Source: Eukaryota sp. TZLM1-RC
Taxonomy: Eukaryota > Protista > Metamonada: BaSk clade
Length of the DNA stretch: 64,000 nt
Assembly (NCBI GenBank): GCA_040285825.1
Contig: JAUPSS010000012.1
Location: 372,001-436,000, forward strand
Direction of reading: 5' to 3'
Below the pieces are notes generated by a model. It saw only the letters and a program-made list of their open reading frames with translations, searched no databases and was not told where the DNA came from. Each line of letters opens with the position of its first letter. Position 1 is the first letter of the stretch. Position numbers and translations under genes: made by a program. Positions 25,640 through 38,070 of the stretch are shown here, in pieces.

Positions 25640-26706
25640 TGAAACGAAGATGGAGGATTGAAAAAGAGTGATTAACTAAGGTTTGTGTGTTTATCACGTC
25701 AAATACTAAAATAATGATTTGCTGATTCTTTCAATTTCCGATGCTCCAAGGCTTAAATCTTTCGGTCAACTTTCTCCTCGTCAAGCTATGCCGCTCTCCT
25801 TTCATCAATTGTCAGTAATATCAACTTCAGAGTTTTTAAATGAGGGAAAATTGGGAAGTAGCTATTTGTGGTTTTGACAAACAGGATTCCTGTTTTTGGA
25901 TTTTTGCATGAACATTACTATTATTGTTATTATTAAGAAGATAAATGTTTGGTTAGTTTAAGAGATTGAATCTCTTGTGTTTTGTGATAAGTAGATCTGA
26001 CACAATATTGGCTTACATGGTGAGCCAGTTTGTAATTTTGAAAAAGATCTTGAAAATCATTCCTCACTTACAGATGAACTGGTTTCTCAATTATTTTATT
26101 TATTATTTTGTTTTATTTATTATTTTGTTTTTTTGCAAAAATATGTGTGCATTGAAGATTGAAGAAGCGACTATGTGAAAACTAAAACAGCATTCATCTC
26201 CTATTTTGAGTCGAATGTATTTAAAAGTAATGTGTCATTTGATTGTTTCTGATGCTTCATTCCATCCAAATGACTGGGTAAATTTACAACTATCATTCAT
26301 ATTGTATTATTTACTTGGACATTTGATAATTTTGCATGGTTTTTTCCAATCCCTTAGGTGGTTTTTGTAAAGTCATTGTCTTGTAACTTATAAGGATAGC
26401 AAATTAAGCAATTCTTTTTACTGCCACTAATGTTTGTCATAACTAAAATCAATTTCTAATAAATGAATAAACTTTTTCCTTTGTCATTTACATTGGGCCA
26501 AACATAAGAATCAAATTTGAAAGGGAAGAAATTACAAGATTTACAAATCGTTATTGGTAGATCAAAGACAATTTCCAAGTAATCAAAGTTATCCAAATTT
26601 CCCATATCATGATCGAGATAAACACTTCAAACCACATTGTGCATTGAAAATGTAAATAAAAAGGACATCGTTAAACAAGATTTTATAAATAAGAAAAAAC
26701 TACAAA

Positions 26707-29279
26707 TTAATGGCGGCATGCCTTCAATTGTTCCTCAGTGCGGTCAACCATAGTAATAGAATCAGTGGGACAGAGGGCTTGAGCACAGATGGAACATCCG
26801 ATACATTTGGAAGCATCAGTTTCAAGTTTTCCATCAACTAGAGATAAAGCCAAATAAGGACAGCGGGTACAATTCAAACATTGAATACAGCTATCATTAT
26901 TGACAAGAGAAATCTTCTTGACTGGAGTGAGTTCCATAAAATCGGTAACTGGAGTGGGTAAGAGACATCCAATAAGCTCTTCAACAGAAGAGAAACCTCG
27001 GGCAGCCAAGTAATGAGATAGGCCATTTTCTAATTCATCCAAGATCTGAAGACCATATTTGGTGGGTAGAGTACAGAACTGCACTGTAGAAGCACCGAGT
27101 GCCATAAAATCAGCAGCAGAACGATAATCCATGGCACCTCCACTAGCAGAGAGTTCAAAGTGGTTTCTCTTCCATGGAGTTTCAGCGACATTAGCCAAGG
27201 TAAGATTAGAAATGGCAGTGATTCCTTTGCCATGAATACCAACAATACGTGCCTGTCTGTACTTGCCATTAGCAGAAACCTTGTCCTCAACCAATTCGAG
27301 AGATGGGAAAGAGTTTGCTAGGGTGACACCAGCCTTTTTATCAGGATATTGTTCAAAAACTTCAACAGCGGCTCTCATCAAAGTCATAGGATCCTAAGGT
27401 AAATGTGATTAAGCAACACATACAGTAACGGCACCAGTGAGCTTGAAAAGTTTGGGGATTTCAGGGTTAGAACATTCCATGACCCAACCAATAACCTTTC
27501 GGGTAAGTCTAGCTGATTGAGAGACCATGGAACCTTCATTACCTTGGCTACCTTCAGCACCTTGAGGGCAAGAAAGAGAGTACTCAATGAGTTGAGTTCC
27601 AGCATCTTCAAGCATCTTGGTGTGTTTCTGCCATGAGGCGCGATCAGCTTCATCATCACCAGTCATGCTACCACCACTGGAAGCACCGATGAGACGATCA
27701 GGCCATTCCTTACGGAGAACCTTTACATCAGCAATGACTTCAGAAAGATCACGTCCAGAGACGTTGTCACAGTTACCATAAGTGTTTTCATCAATACAAG
27801 CCTGAAATAAATATTAACCAAACCAAAACACACCATATATTCATTAGGAATATGAATGGGAACTTCATGGAAAGCAGTTTTCATAATGACACCAGCCCAT
27901 CCCTTGTTGAAGGCAGCTCTGACTTCCTCAACACCATCAGTAGAAGGAGCGGCAGAGAGGATGAAAGGGTTACGGATAGGGATACCAAATGTGGTAGTGG
28001 CTAGTGAAATAGGTTGGTGAGAATACCCAGGAATATGTTCAGCGCAACCTTCTTCACAAAAGTTCTTTTTACAGTATTCCAAAGGCTTACCTTCCAATCG
28101 CTCAAATACTTCAGCAGCAACTTTCTTACCCTCTTTAACACATTCAATAGCGGTGGAAGGGCCTGTTTTACTGTCTCCGCAAACAAACACATTTTCAGGA
28201 AGGTTTGGTACATCAGGAGAAGAACCAAGAGCAAGAACAACAATATCAGCGGGAAGCTTAGACTCTGTACCTTCGACAACAGATGATTTGGAACCAGAAG
28301 CTCTGTTACCCATTGAAACACGGACTGTGTGAACGATATCATCTTCAACAGCGGTTAGGACAGTTCTAGGTATGACATCAGCATTGGTGGCCATCAACAT
28401 TTCTCTTTCATGTTTGGTGATTGGCATATCTACCAATCCACGGCGATAAACAAGCGAAACATTAGCGTCAGGGTTAGCTTGGCGGGTCTTGATAGCGCAG
28501 TCCACAGCAACGGCACCACCTCCAACAACTAAGACTTCCTTGGCTTGGGAAGCAAACTTGTCTGGGTTGCGGAGGTATTGGGAAGCTAAAACACACTTTT
28601 CAGAGCCCTGAACATCAAGAGAGCGTTCCTTTTGAGCACCAGTAGAGCAAATGACGGCATCGTATTTCTTAGATACTTCAGTAATATCGGCAGTCTTGGA
28701 GGTCATTAAATAAATGAAGGGGTGGTCTTTGATAGCGGCGACATCATTATCAATGACAGAGGAAGGGAGGCGGGTTTCGGGGATCAAACGGAGAGAACCA
28801 CCGGCAACTTCCTCCTTTTCGTAAACATCAACAGCGATGTTACGTTGAGCAAGGGACAATGCAGCAGTCAAACCAGCAGGGCCAGCACCAATAACGGCAG
28901 CTTTGTGGGTGAAAGCAAGAGGGGTGTTCAATTTGGGCAAAACTTCGAGTTGGCGTGCACGGTGAATGATTGAGGCCTGAACAGCAGGGATATCGATGGC
29001 GCAGTCAATCTTTGATCTCTTACAAGCAGCTTGGCAGAATGTATCAGGACAGATGGATCCACAAACGCCACCAAAGGGGTTGGCGGACAGGATAAGCTTG
29101 GCAGCTCTGCCGAAATCACTGGGAAGGAAGTTTTCCAGGGCAGTGATGAAGTCTGCTGGAGAACAATGAGCTGGACAAGCATCACGGCAAGGCTTAGCTT
29201 CACAGTTTAGGCAACGTTTTACCTGGGCCTTTAATTGACCGTCTGTTAAGAATGAATAGCAGTTTTCAATGTCCAACAT
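26707..29279 (-). CDS. DPYD: Dihydropyrimidine dehydrogenase, fused PreT-PreA type, 836 aa; exons 29279-27834, 27801-27424, 27393-26707
   Basis: RCLNC..PC..ACP Fe-S motif, GAGPAG and GGGAVAVD nucleotide-binding motifs, NPFILSAAPST, catalytic SCP, KLT, and C-terminal 2x[4Fe-4S]. Introns of 32 nt and 30 nt give phase-0 joins. Confidence 0.92.
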
Positions 29280-29399
29280 AATGAAGGTAGAGTAGAAGTA
29301 CTTTTCTCTATTAATTTATTAATTTTTTTGCTGTATGTTGTCACTCTATAATAATAATATTTGTTTAAAAATTAATAAACTCAATTTTTTAATCTACAA

Positions 29400-30650
29400 T
29401 TCTATTTATTCAACATTATTTTTTTTCTTCCTTCGTCTACATAAAACCGTTTAACTTAAAACCTGGCTGAACCGCGATCATTGCTTCTATTCTTTCTTGT
29501 TGATGCCTGAATCAATTTCTGATTCTAATGGAGTCAAAAGAAAGAACGATAGACAACAAGATGCTCAAGACGTCCTTTTTACCTCTCCTCCTCAACCTCT
29601 TCTCTCTTCATTTTTGGACAAAAAAATTCTGATCAAGAATTTTTAGAAAATCACGATGAAAACAAAGTTTGTTCAAAAACAAAGTCACGCTCCTACAGAT
29701 GCTCAAAGTGTCGACAGCAAGGACATAATGCTCGAACATGCCCTAATGTTGGAAAAGATGATGTGGCAAATTCTGAAACAAATTGTAAACGAAAAGTTAT
29801 TAGAAGAAAAGAGTCTAAGGTAGAACCAATCAATGCTGCTCCACAAGTTGTTGCAAAACCAGTTAGCAATCGATTGAAGCAAAAAACTTGCAACAATTGT
29901 GGTATTTTTTTAGAAACAATGCAAAAGGAAAAACTTCTGATCGATGCTTGAAATGCCGCATAGTTGGTAACTACCATCCTCCCATAAGAATACCTCAAGA
30001 AATTCATCCGACCAAATGCAAAGAATTTGCTTTCGTTTTTCAAAGATTTTCGGATCAATTCTGTAAAGGAAAGTATGCTATCAATATTATTTGGGAATTC
30101 TTGGGTTCTTTTTGTCCTCCTTTTGAACAAAATTGCGTAAATAATTCCGAAGAGTTGACTAATACAGCACCGAGAAATCAATTATCCGAGAAATTAAGTT
30201 GAATTTTTGAAGACAAATGCTTTGACAACAAGTGGTCCAAGGCTTTGTCAGCTTTAAGTCCCGGAGTTAAAGCACTCAACAATGAAAATACAATAGATAA
30301 ACTAAAAATACTTCATCCTTATGAAGACCCTATAAATAGGAATACCCGGCTGGTTTTTATTGCTTTCCCATTTTCGATAAATGGAAGATTATCAGTTGAA
30401 GCAGAAATTTTTTTGGATGACTTCCAAAAAATGGTGCAAGAAATAACAATGAAAAGATTTGATATTTTTTTATGGCGTTCACGGATTCAATTTGCCATTA
30501 TTAATAGATTACCACGGTTTTACAATCGAATAAGAGAACCTTTAGCTAGACAGCAAGCAGATCAAGATTTTGTACAGGAGATCTTGGTTCAATGATAGTC
30601 GTCCCATTAGTTATGAGTTATTTTAATTAAGTGTGCAAATTCAGTAAACA
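29400..30650 (+). mobile_element. Internally deleted CRE-like element (5' zinc-knuckle region joined directly to the 3' RLE tail)
   Basis: ATG 29503 and CSKCRQQGHNARTC knuckle. ..KLKILHPYEDP joins INRNTRLVFIAFPF..QEILVQ, so the whole RT is missing. Confidence 0.75.
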
Positions 30651-30654
30651 AAAA

Positions 30655-32190
30655 ATTTATTCAACAACGAATATGAAAACATAAAATACACAATTAATAC
30701 TCCACATCCTCAAAACCTGCCTCCCCTACATCAAAACAATTAATCGCCAACGATTCAGAAAATTTCCCAAACGAAGACAGTGAAACAGAAATGAGTTTTA
30801 CTATTCCCTTAAAAATAGAAAAGAGACTCCTGTTTTGCCAGTAAACACGATTGAAAATTCTTCCAGTTCTTTCCTTTACAACTACATCAAAATCCTCAAG
30901 GAACGCCATAGCAGCCTTACCCAAAGATCCACGCAAAGAAAATACAAAGGGACATAAATTATATTGAGCATGAGAATTTTCATTAATCGAGGAAATGGGT
31001 TTCGCATATGTAGCAATTTTATATTTTTCGCCTGCAAGAAGGGGATTATTTACATCCGAGTTAATGGGATGTTCGTTAGAGGAATTACAAGGGTCAATAG
31101 ACATGGCGTCTAAAATAGTAAAACTACCATTTAAACCGGGAACAACTAGATCACCTCTTGTCAGACCCATAGAAGCTCTGTTGAAACGCGTACTATCAAT
31201 ATTGGGATTATCAAGAATGATTTTTAATAACAGCGGTTCTAAAATGGAATCTACTCTTTATGATTTGCACATTACATAAATTTGGTCCCTGACGTTATTA
31301 TGCACTTTGCTTCTAAATACAATGAAATGTTTACAGTCCAAAAGATGAGTAAAGAGAAGAAGTGTACCACATTTACAAGTTAAATGATTGGGCAAATTGT
31401 TTGGCCACTGATAACAACGAAAACGCAAGTTTAAAAGCCATTCATTGTTTTTTAACAAAAGTCCATAAACAGAGGGAATATGTGTTACTAAAGCAGCAGC
31501 AGAGCCATCATGAATATCCCTTGAATAATTACCGAAAGCGGGATTTTTAGTTTTGGCCAAGCCAAGTCTTACTTCATAATTCAAGCCTTCTTATAATTTA
31601 ACCAGATGGTGCTGAAGCTTTTTTAAGCAAAAACGTAAATTTGGAAGTGATCGGGTGGGAATTTCTTGAATATTTTGAGGAAAACACTGAATCCAGATAT
31701 CACTAGGCAAATTATTGAATTTAATTTGAAGATGATTCAAATAAAAATTAGATTCACCATGGATCATATGAGCATCATAAGGAAACCTTTGGAAAAATTC
31801 AAAAACAAAATCTTTTCTACCTCCAAAAAAAGTGCTTCACATAAAATCGAAGATTTCGTGAAACCAATTCCACCTAAGTCAGCAGAACAAAAAACATGAC
31901 TTCGAATTAAAGATTCATTTACCTCCAATAATGAAAAAAAATTGACCCGAAGTTTGTTGAAAGATCTACAAAAATCAAGAGATACGGAAGGAGGAGTTGA
32001 CCTTAAAATATGAGTGAATTTACCAGAATAACAAATTTTTTAAATACAAAATTTGATGTGTTTTTCAATATCAAATTCAGCAACAAAACTTAGATCCTTG
32101 TCAAAATTTTCCAATAAATTGTTCAATTGGGAAGAAATTTCATCCAAATTAATTAAGTTGGTTGGAAAAATTCTGATAATAACTGACCTT
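30655..32190 (-). mobile_element. 5'-truncated CRE-like copy (same family as 57797-59014)
   Basis: Near-identical translation (TRGDLVVPG..LDAMSIDPC..YWQNR) with frameshifts. Confidence 0.9.
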
Positions 32191-33171
32191 TTGTTACTTT
32201 CGGATTATATAAACAATAGCTTTCACTCAAAACCAAATTACTTATTGCTGTTCGAAATGAAGTTTCTTGTAAGCATATACAATCAATTTTTCGCAGTCTT
32301 ATGATATTAGTCGATATCGAATGTCGGTCATGTGAATCAACAGCTGAGATTCAAAATAGATAGACGAACCACTTTTTTGTCGCAAAATCGTCTCAGAGTA
32401 TGATTTAGAAATGAGTTTTCATGATGCCATTGAGCATCATTCAGATTCACCATTATCCACTGTCCCTTCCTATTTTGGTTTATACCTGGATGTAACTAGA
32501 ACAATATTGAGAAATCAAGAATTATTTTTAAACGAAGTTGAAGGCGACGTCAAGACAAATTATTAATGGATTGTTTTGAGATTTTTCTAATTGAGTGATT
32601 TCTAGTTAATTACTCAAAAACAATCTTCTCAAATCAATCATTCTTTGATTAAATCATTTTCTTTGATAAAATTATCATGTCTTGAAACTCAGATTGATCA
32701 ACAACAAATCAATTTCTGATGAAGAATTTTCTAGGGAATTGTTTGAAGTGGAAATAGCGGAAATCTGTCTTAAGGAGAAACAGAGTGACAATGATTAACT
32801 TGTTATAGAAGAGCAAATAATAGAAATGAGTGTTGGAGTAGAAACCAATTGTTGTTTGAAGGAGATAACTCCTGTGTTGGAGAACTATCCTATCTTTCGA
32901 AACAAAACACCCTAGACTTCTGTGATGGTATGTTTGGATTGGTATTCTATCATTTTTTTGATTGATGATAGATTATAGAAATCAATTTGTGAAAAGTGAA
33001 CACCTTCTAAACACACCACTGTTTTGACAACATTATTTCTATATAATTTTTGAAACACCAACATGGAATCATTGTATTTTTGATCGAATCGTTAATTTGA
33101 TCACTTATTTTGCATAATCATACCAATTAAATACAATTAAATACTAAATTTTATTCCCAACCAAAAAACCT

Positions 33172-34776
33172 CTAAAAATCAGCCTCAATAACAAAAGCTT
33201 CCTTCTTTTCCTTTTTCTTTTCCTTCTTTTTCTTTCCACCCTTATTACTTTGCAAATACTCCCGAGTAACACCTGGAGGCAACCTACCGCCACCACCAAC
33301 TGAACCACTCGGAGGTACAATCACCTTTTCCCCACTCAAATCACTTAAGCTAGTAGTGGTTCTTTCTGCAACAGATTTTCTCAAATGCGGAGGCACATAA
33401 GCACGGGTTTCCACCTGGTGTTGTTTAGCAACTTCATTACTCAAAGGCAGCAAAGTGTCAATAACTTTGGAAGCGTCGCCTCGTGGTGGTCTTGGTACTG
33501 CACAGTAGAGGACATCATATTCAATTGTTGAAAGCAAAGCTCCATTGTTTCCTAGAATAGAAACCTGGTTTCCGACCCTCAAACGTGGACACGTGGTTGC
33601 CATAACGATTCCAGAACCATCATTAAGCCATTCCCAAGTGGTGATGTTTTCAATGGAAGGACAATCGATTCTTTTGTTAAAATGGTCATTTGTGAATTTA
33701 TAGAAAATGAAGCCACTTCTCAAATTACCGAAACCAGAAACGGCAAGTAACTGACCGCCAGGTGAAAATGACAATTGTGATTGATTCCTCTGCGGCAACT
33801 GATTAGGTTTCCGATTACCTTGACAGTCAAAAACATACCCTACACAGGGGTTATAACCTGCCAAAACGATAAAATCACCATTCCTCCTCACCGACACATC
33901 ATGTGTCGGGCCTTCTGGTAGTGATAACCTCTTTGGCTCTTTGCCTCGCTCCTTGTTCATTATCAGAGGGACATAAAGCGACCTCACTGTACCATGATAC
34001 GAAGCGTTGGTCCGGTCTACATCAAACACCAAGAGCACAACAGCGTAGTTAACAAGGTTGTTGATGACTGGACCATATTTCACACTGATGGAGCTACAAG
34101 CACCTACGACTTGCCTAAACAGAACTGTTGGACCTACGCCAGTTAAGGCAAGATGGGAGGGAATAGAGAGAACTACAAGGGTGTGGTTGGCTTGCTGGGG
34201 TTGTTTGAGAAAGACAAAGAGATGATAAGCACCAAAGGAAGGAGAGATGTCCACCGTAAAGATGTTTGCCTGCTCATATGTGTAAATGACACGGGAGAGC
34301 GGTTCAGAGGAAGATAAGGAGAGGAACTGGATTGATGAAGGAAGGACACGGAGGGCAAAACGTTCGTCAGCACTGTACTTTATAAGGGGCCATTTATCCT
34401 GGTTGTGGTGTTCAAGGTGAGAAGAGTAAATGGGGGTTGAGTCAGAAATGCGGTAAATACGAAGGTTCTTGTCGGATTTAGCTGGCTTGTCAGTAGATGG
34501 GCGGCAAAGAGTAGTGACGTATGCTCCAGAGGGTGAAGGGGAAAAAGTGGCAAGATTGGGGAGGGAAATAGAGGCTGTTGGGGAGAGAGAAGTACCAGAG
34601 AAGACATGAAGTGTGTCATTAGTAGAAATGAAGAGCGTACTGCCATCAGAGGACCACGAACAGTCTGTAGAGTTTGGTATGAAAGGATAGTGAGGTGGTT
34701 GGTTTAGTGTTGTACCATTCCATGAGAGGACTCCTGAGCCCTCTTTGGTTCTTATGAGGATTTGGTGCGATGTCAT
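33172..34776 (-). CDS. EIF2A: Translation initiation factor eIF2A (WD40 beta-propeller)
   Basis: GPTHDVS, FSPGGQLLAVSGFGNL, ATTCPRLRVGN and AYVPPHLR. Likely start is MTSHQ at 34776; the longer ORF runs into the neighbouring retroelement. Confidence 0.9.
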   Translation of the reverse strand: MTSHQILIRTKEGSGVLSWNGTTLNQPPHYPFIPNSTDCSWSSDGSTLFISTNDTLHVFSGTSLSPTASISLPNLATFSPSPSGAYVTTLCRPSTDKPAKSDKNLRIYRISDSTPIYSSHLEHHNQDKWPLIKYSADERFALRVLPSSIQFLSLSSSEPLSRVIYTYEQANIFTVDISPSFGAYHLFVFLKQPQQANHTLVVLSIPSHLALTGVGPTVLFRQVVGACSSISVKYGPVINNLVNYAVVLLVFDVDRTNASYHGTVRSLYVPLIMNKERGKEPKRLSLPEGPTHDVSVRRNGDFIVLAGYNPCVGYVFDCQGNRKPNQLPQRNQSQLSFSPGGQLLAVSGFGNLRSGFIFYKFTNDHFNKRIDCPSIENITTWEWLNDGSGIVMATTCPRLRVGNQVSILGNNGALLSTIEYDVLYCAVPRPPRGDASKVIDTLLPLSNEVAKQHQVETRAYVPPHLRKSVAERTTTSLSDLSGEKVIVPPSGSVGGGGRLPPGVTREYLQSNKGGKKKKEKKKEKKEAFVIEADF

Positions 34777-34831
34777 TCTTGAATACAAGAGTGCCAAGAT
34801 CAAAAAATGGAAGATTATTTTAATAGAATTT

Positions 34832-37800
34832 GATTTTTTTTCTCTACATACATCATACATGACTGTCCCTGAGACCAAAAAATCTCGTGGCCGTAAGAAA
34901 GGTTCTAAGCCGACCTGTTCCTTTTGCCATGTATCTGGTCATACTATTCGTTCCTGCTCAGCGAGAAAAGAAGCTGGTGTTTCCGCCTCCATTGATAAAC
35001 TGTCGCTGGATTCTGATGCAACTTTGTTCTCTCCTTCGGTTGTAGATACACCTGCTCCTGCCGATCTTAATGCTTCTCGTTTGATTGCTTTGGAAAAACC
35101 TGGTGGTGGTGTGCGTCCTATTGCTATTGGAGAGACAGTTATGCGTCTTTTGGCTATTTTTGTTTTAGAAGAATTAAATCAATTTCAATTAATTTTTTCA
35201 GACCCTTTCAGTTTGCTATTGGGGTCCCTGATGGTACAACGTGTGCTTCATTATCGGCTAATTTCTTATTTCACCGTTCTGCGTCCAATTTTTTGTTAAG
35301 TATTGATTATAAGAATGCCTTTAATTCTGTATTTCGTCATAGTATTTATGATCAATTGCAATTATATTTTCCTGAACTATTGCCCTATTTTCGATTGCTG
35401 TATGGTACGCCATCTAGCCTTGTTTTTGATTCTTTTACCCTTACCTCTGCTAGAGGTGTAAAACAAGGTGAGCCTCTTGGCCCTTTTTTCTTCTGTTTGG
35501 CATTGCACTTTGTTTTTTTGAAGTTTAAGGAACGCCATCCTCATGTTGACCTGTGTGCTTATGCTGATGATTCGTCGTTGATTGGTTCTCTTGATGATTT
35601 TGAATGTTCTGTAGGTGATTTCGTAGAACTTTCTAGATCAATTGGTTTGGATATTAACTTTAAAAAGTGTTTCCTTATTGGTAGAGTTGAGAAGCATTTT
35701 TCTTATGATGGTCAATTAATCAAATTTGTGAATTATAATACTCATTCTTTTAAATTTTTATGTACATATTTTAGCGACAAAAATGACATTTTGGAAATTT
35801 TGAACGACTTTCTTGATAATGTTAAGTCCCAGTTACAGGATATCTTGGATCTTGGAATCAAAAAGTATTTGGCATTTGCGGTTCTTTCATTTTGTTTCAA
35901 TTCCAAAATTAATCATTTCTTGAGGTCTATTCCCCCTTCCATAACTGAATCAATTGCTCAAAGATTTGATAGTATCAAAACTAATTTTTTAGCTTGTTTG
36001 GTTGAGATTAATCCATCAACAATTCCTTACCGCGCTTTCTTTTCGGTTTCTTTGGGTGGTGTTGGCTTTTCTAGAGCAGATTATCTGTGTAAGAGTGACT
36101 ATATAGGGGGTTTTAAAAATTTCCTTTTTGAGTTTAATCTGCGCTTTCAAAAGGTTTATGGCTATTTGCTTAATGAGAATTCATGGTCATCTTCCCTTAG
36201 TACTGTAATTCAGGAGTTGCCCATTGAAGTTTGGAATAAGTGCTTCCCATCTAAGATTGATGATATTCCTGAGAGATCTGTTGATTCTTTACGTTTTTCT
36301 GTTGTTAAATTACAAAATTCTATCTTACATAGTCTTGAGGACTTGGATTTTGCTAAACGTCTTAGTGTGACTAAGTCAGAGAATCCCGTCTTTGCAGCCT
36401 TTTTGATTGCTTTACAACAAAGTAGTGCTCTTATCACACAACAGCCTAGACCATTTGGGCTTCATCTCGACAATGATGCGTGGAAAATAAATATGCGACT
36501 TGGCCTTGGATTATTTCCCTCAGAACTATTGGTTAATAGTGTTTGTTGCTGTGTTAAAAGAACTAAAGCTGATTTCAAACATATTGTCAGTTGTAAAAAG
36601 TTCCTTCAGTTCAGGTCAATCTTACACAATTCAGTTCTTGATGTGACATATGAGATGTTTAGGTGTCATGGTTTTAATGGGAAAACAGAATCTCTACTGA
36701 AACATTACAGTGATAACGATATTTTCAACTGTCGTCGTGGAGATTTGATTGTACCCTTTACTAACTCATTTCAGGCGGTTGTTGATTTTACTATTGTTGA
36801 CCCTTGTGCAAAAGTGTACTTGTCTTCAGTTTTTAATGATGAAAATTCGCATCTGTGTCAGGCGGAGGCACGTAAGAATCAATTGTATGATGAAGTAATG
36901 AGGAATCTTAATCAAAATTTATACTCTTCTTTTGTCTTCATTCCGTTTTGATGCCGTTAGGCAGATGAACACACGAAGGAGAGAGAGAGAAATCTGAGTT
37001 TATTCATAAAACTGATTCATAAACGAGTATCACGTCATCAGTCAAAATACAATGAAACCTACTAATTCAATTTAAGTTCGACAACAACACTACTTTTTCC
37101 CATTTTTCTGAGGACAAATACAGTACTGGCTCAATAGAGGGGAGATATGGGATTTGTTAAATTCTTCGGTGTATCGTTGGTATGAGAACGTTGGAGACCT
37201 ACGGGAAGAATTCCTCTGGCAAATCGGTTCAGAAAAGCTATGTCTGGCAACTTCAGTCCGGAAGCCCTACTCTTTACCTGGAGGAAACGTCGCAGGTAAC
37301 AGGACATGCGTTCTCGGACGTCACCAATACGGACATCAAGCTTCAGTTCTGACATAGCCAGACTAAAATCTTCGTACGTGACGAACGATACGACAGATTG
37401 TAGATGTCTGAGAAGAACATCGTCACTGGATGAGACGTCGGATTTCTGGAGAGATAGGACTCTAACAGAAAAGAATCGACCAATAGTCTTGCTGGAACAA
37501 GCTCTTTCTTAGGAGTCACCGAAGAATAAATCTTTCACTCCTATAGGAACAGAAGAACACTTTCAACTTTCATGGAAGAAAGAGACGTCAGGTTAACAGA
37601 GAGAACAGTCATCTGAAATAAGAAGGGCCAATAATTATTGATGCCGTTAGGCAGATGAACACACGAAGGAGAGAGAGAAATCTGAGTTTATTCATAAAAC
37701 TGATTCATAAACGAGTATCACGTCATCAGTCAAAATACAATGAAACCTACTAATTCAATTTAAGTTCGACAACAACAGTTTGCAATTTCGATTTTTGGAA

Positions 37801-38050
37801 GTATTGGTAAGATAGGTCAAAAATTTCTTGATTCTTTTGCCAAGTTATGTCTTGAACGTAACAGATTATTTAACATTTCCATTTGGCGTAATAGAATCAT
37901 CTTTGCTTTATTTCGAAGCTTTCCCAAATACTTGTCTCAGATATTCAAAAAGTTATATAGAAGTGTAAAGGTAGATGTGGAGAATTTTTCTTCTTATAAG
38001 TTCTAGTTTCAGCTGTATGTTGTCACTCTATAATAATAATAAATAATATA
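34832..38050 (+). mobile_element. Near full-length CRE-like RLE non-LTR retrotransposon (deleted, frameshifted, with TRIM inserted)
   Basis: ATG 34859; CSFCHVSGHTIRSC; ASRLIALEKPGGGVRPIAIGE; SIDYKNAFNS; QGEPLGP; YADD; CCHC-like finger; RRGDLI RLE. Frame resumes after 37781 (PFAISIFG..WRNRIIF) to a stop near 38006. Confidence 0.9.
36949..37777 (-). mobile_element. Non-autonomous LTR element (TRIM-like, 829 bp)
   Basis: LTRs 36949-37089 and 37639-37777 identical apart from one GA unit; perfect 4-bp TSD gttt; PPT AAAAATGGGAAAAAGTAG; 549-bp interior with a gag-like scrap. Confidence 0.92.
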
Positions 38051-38070
38051 TTATAGAATTTAAATCTATC

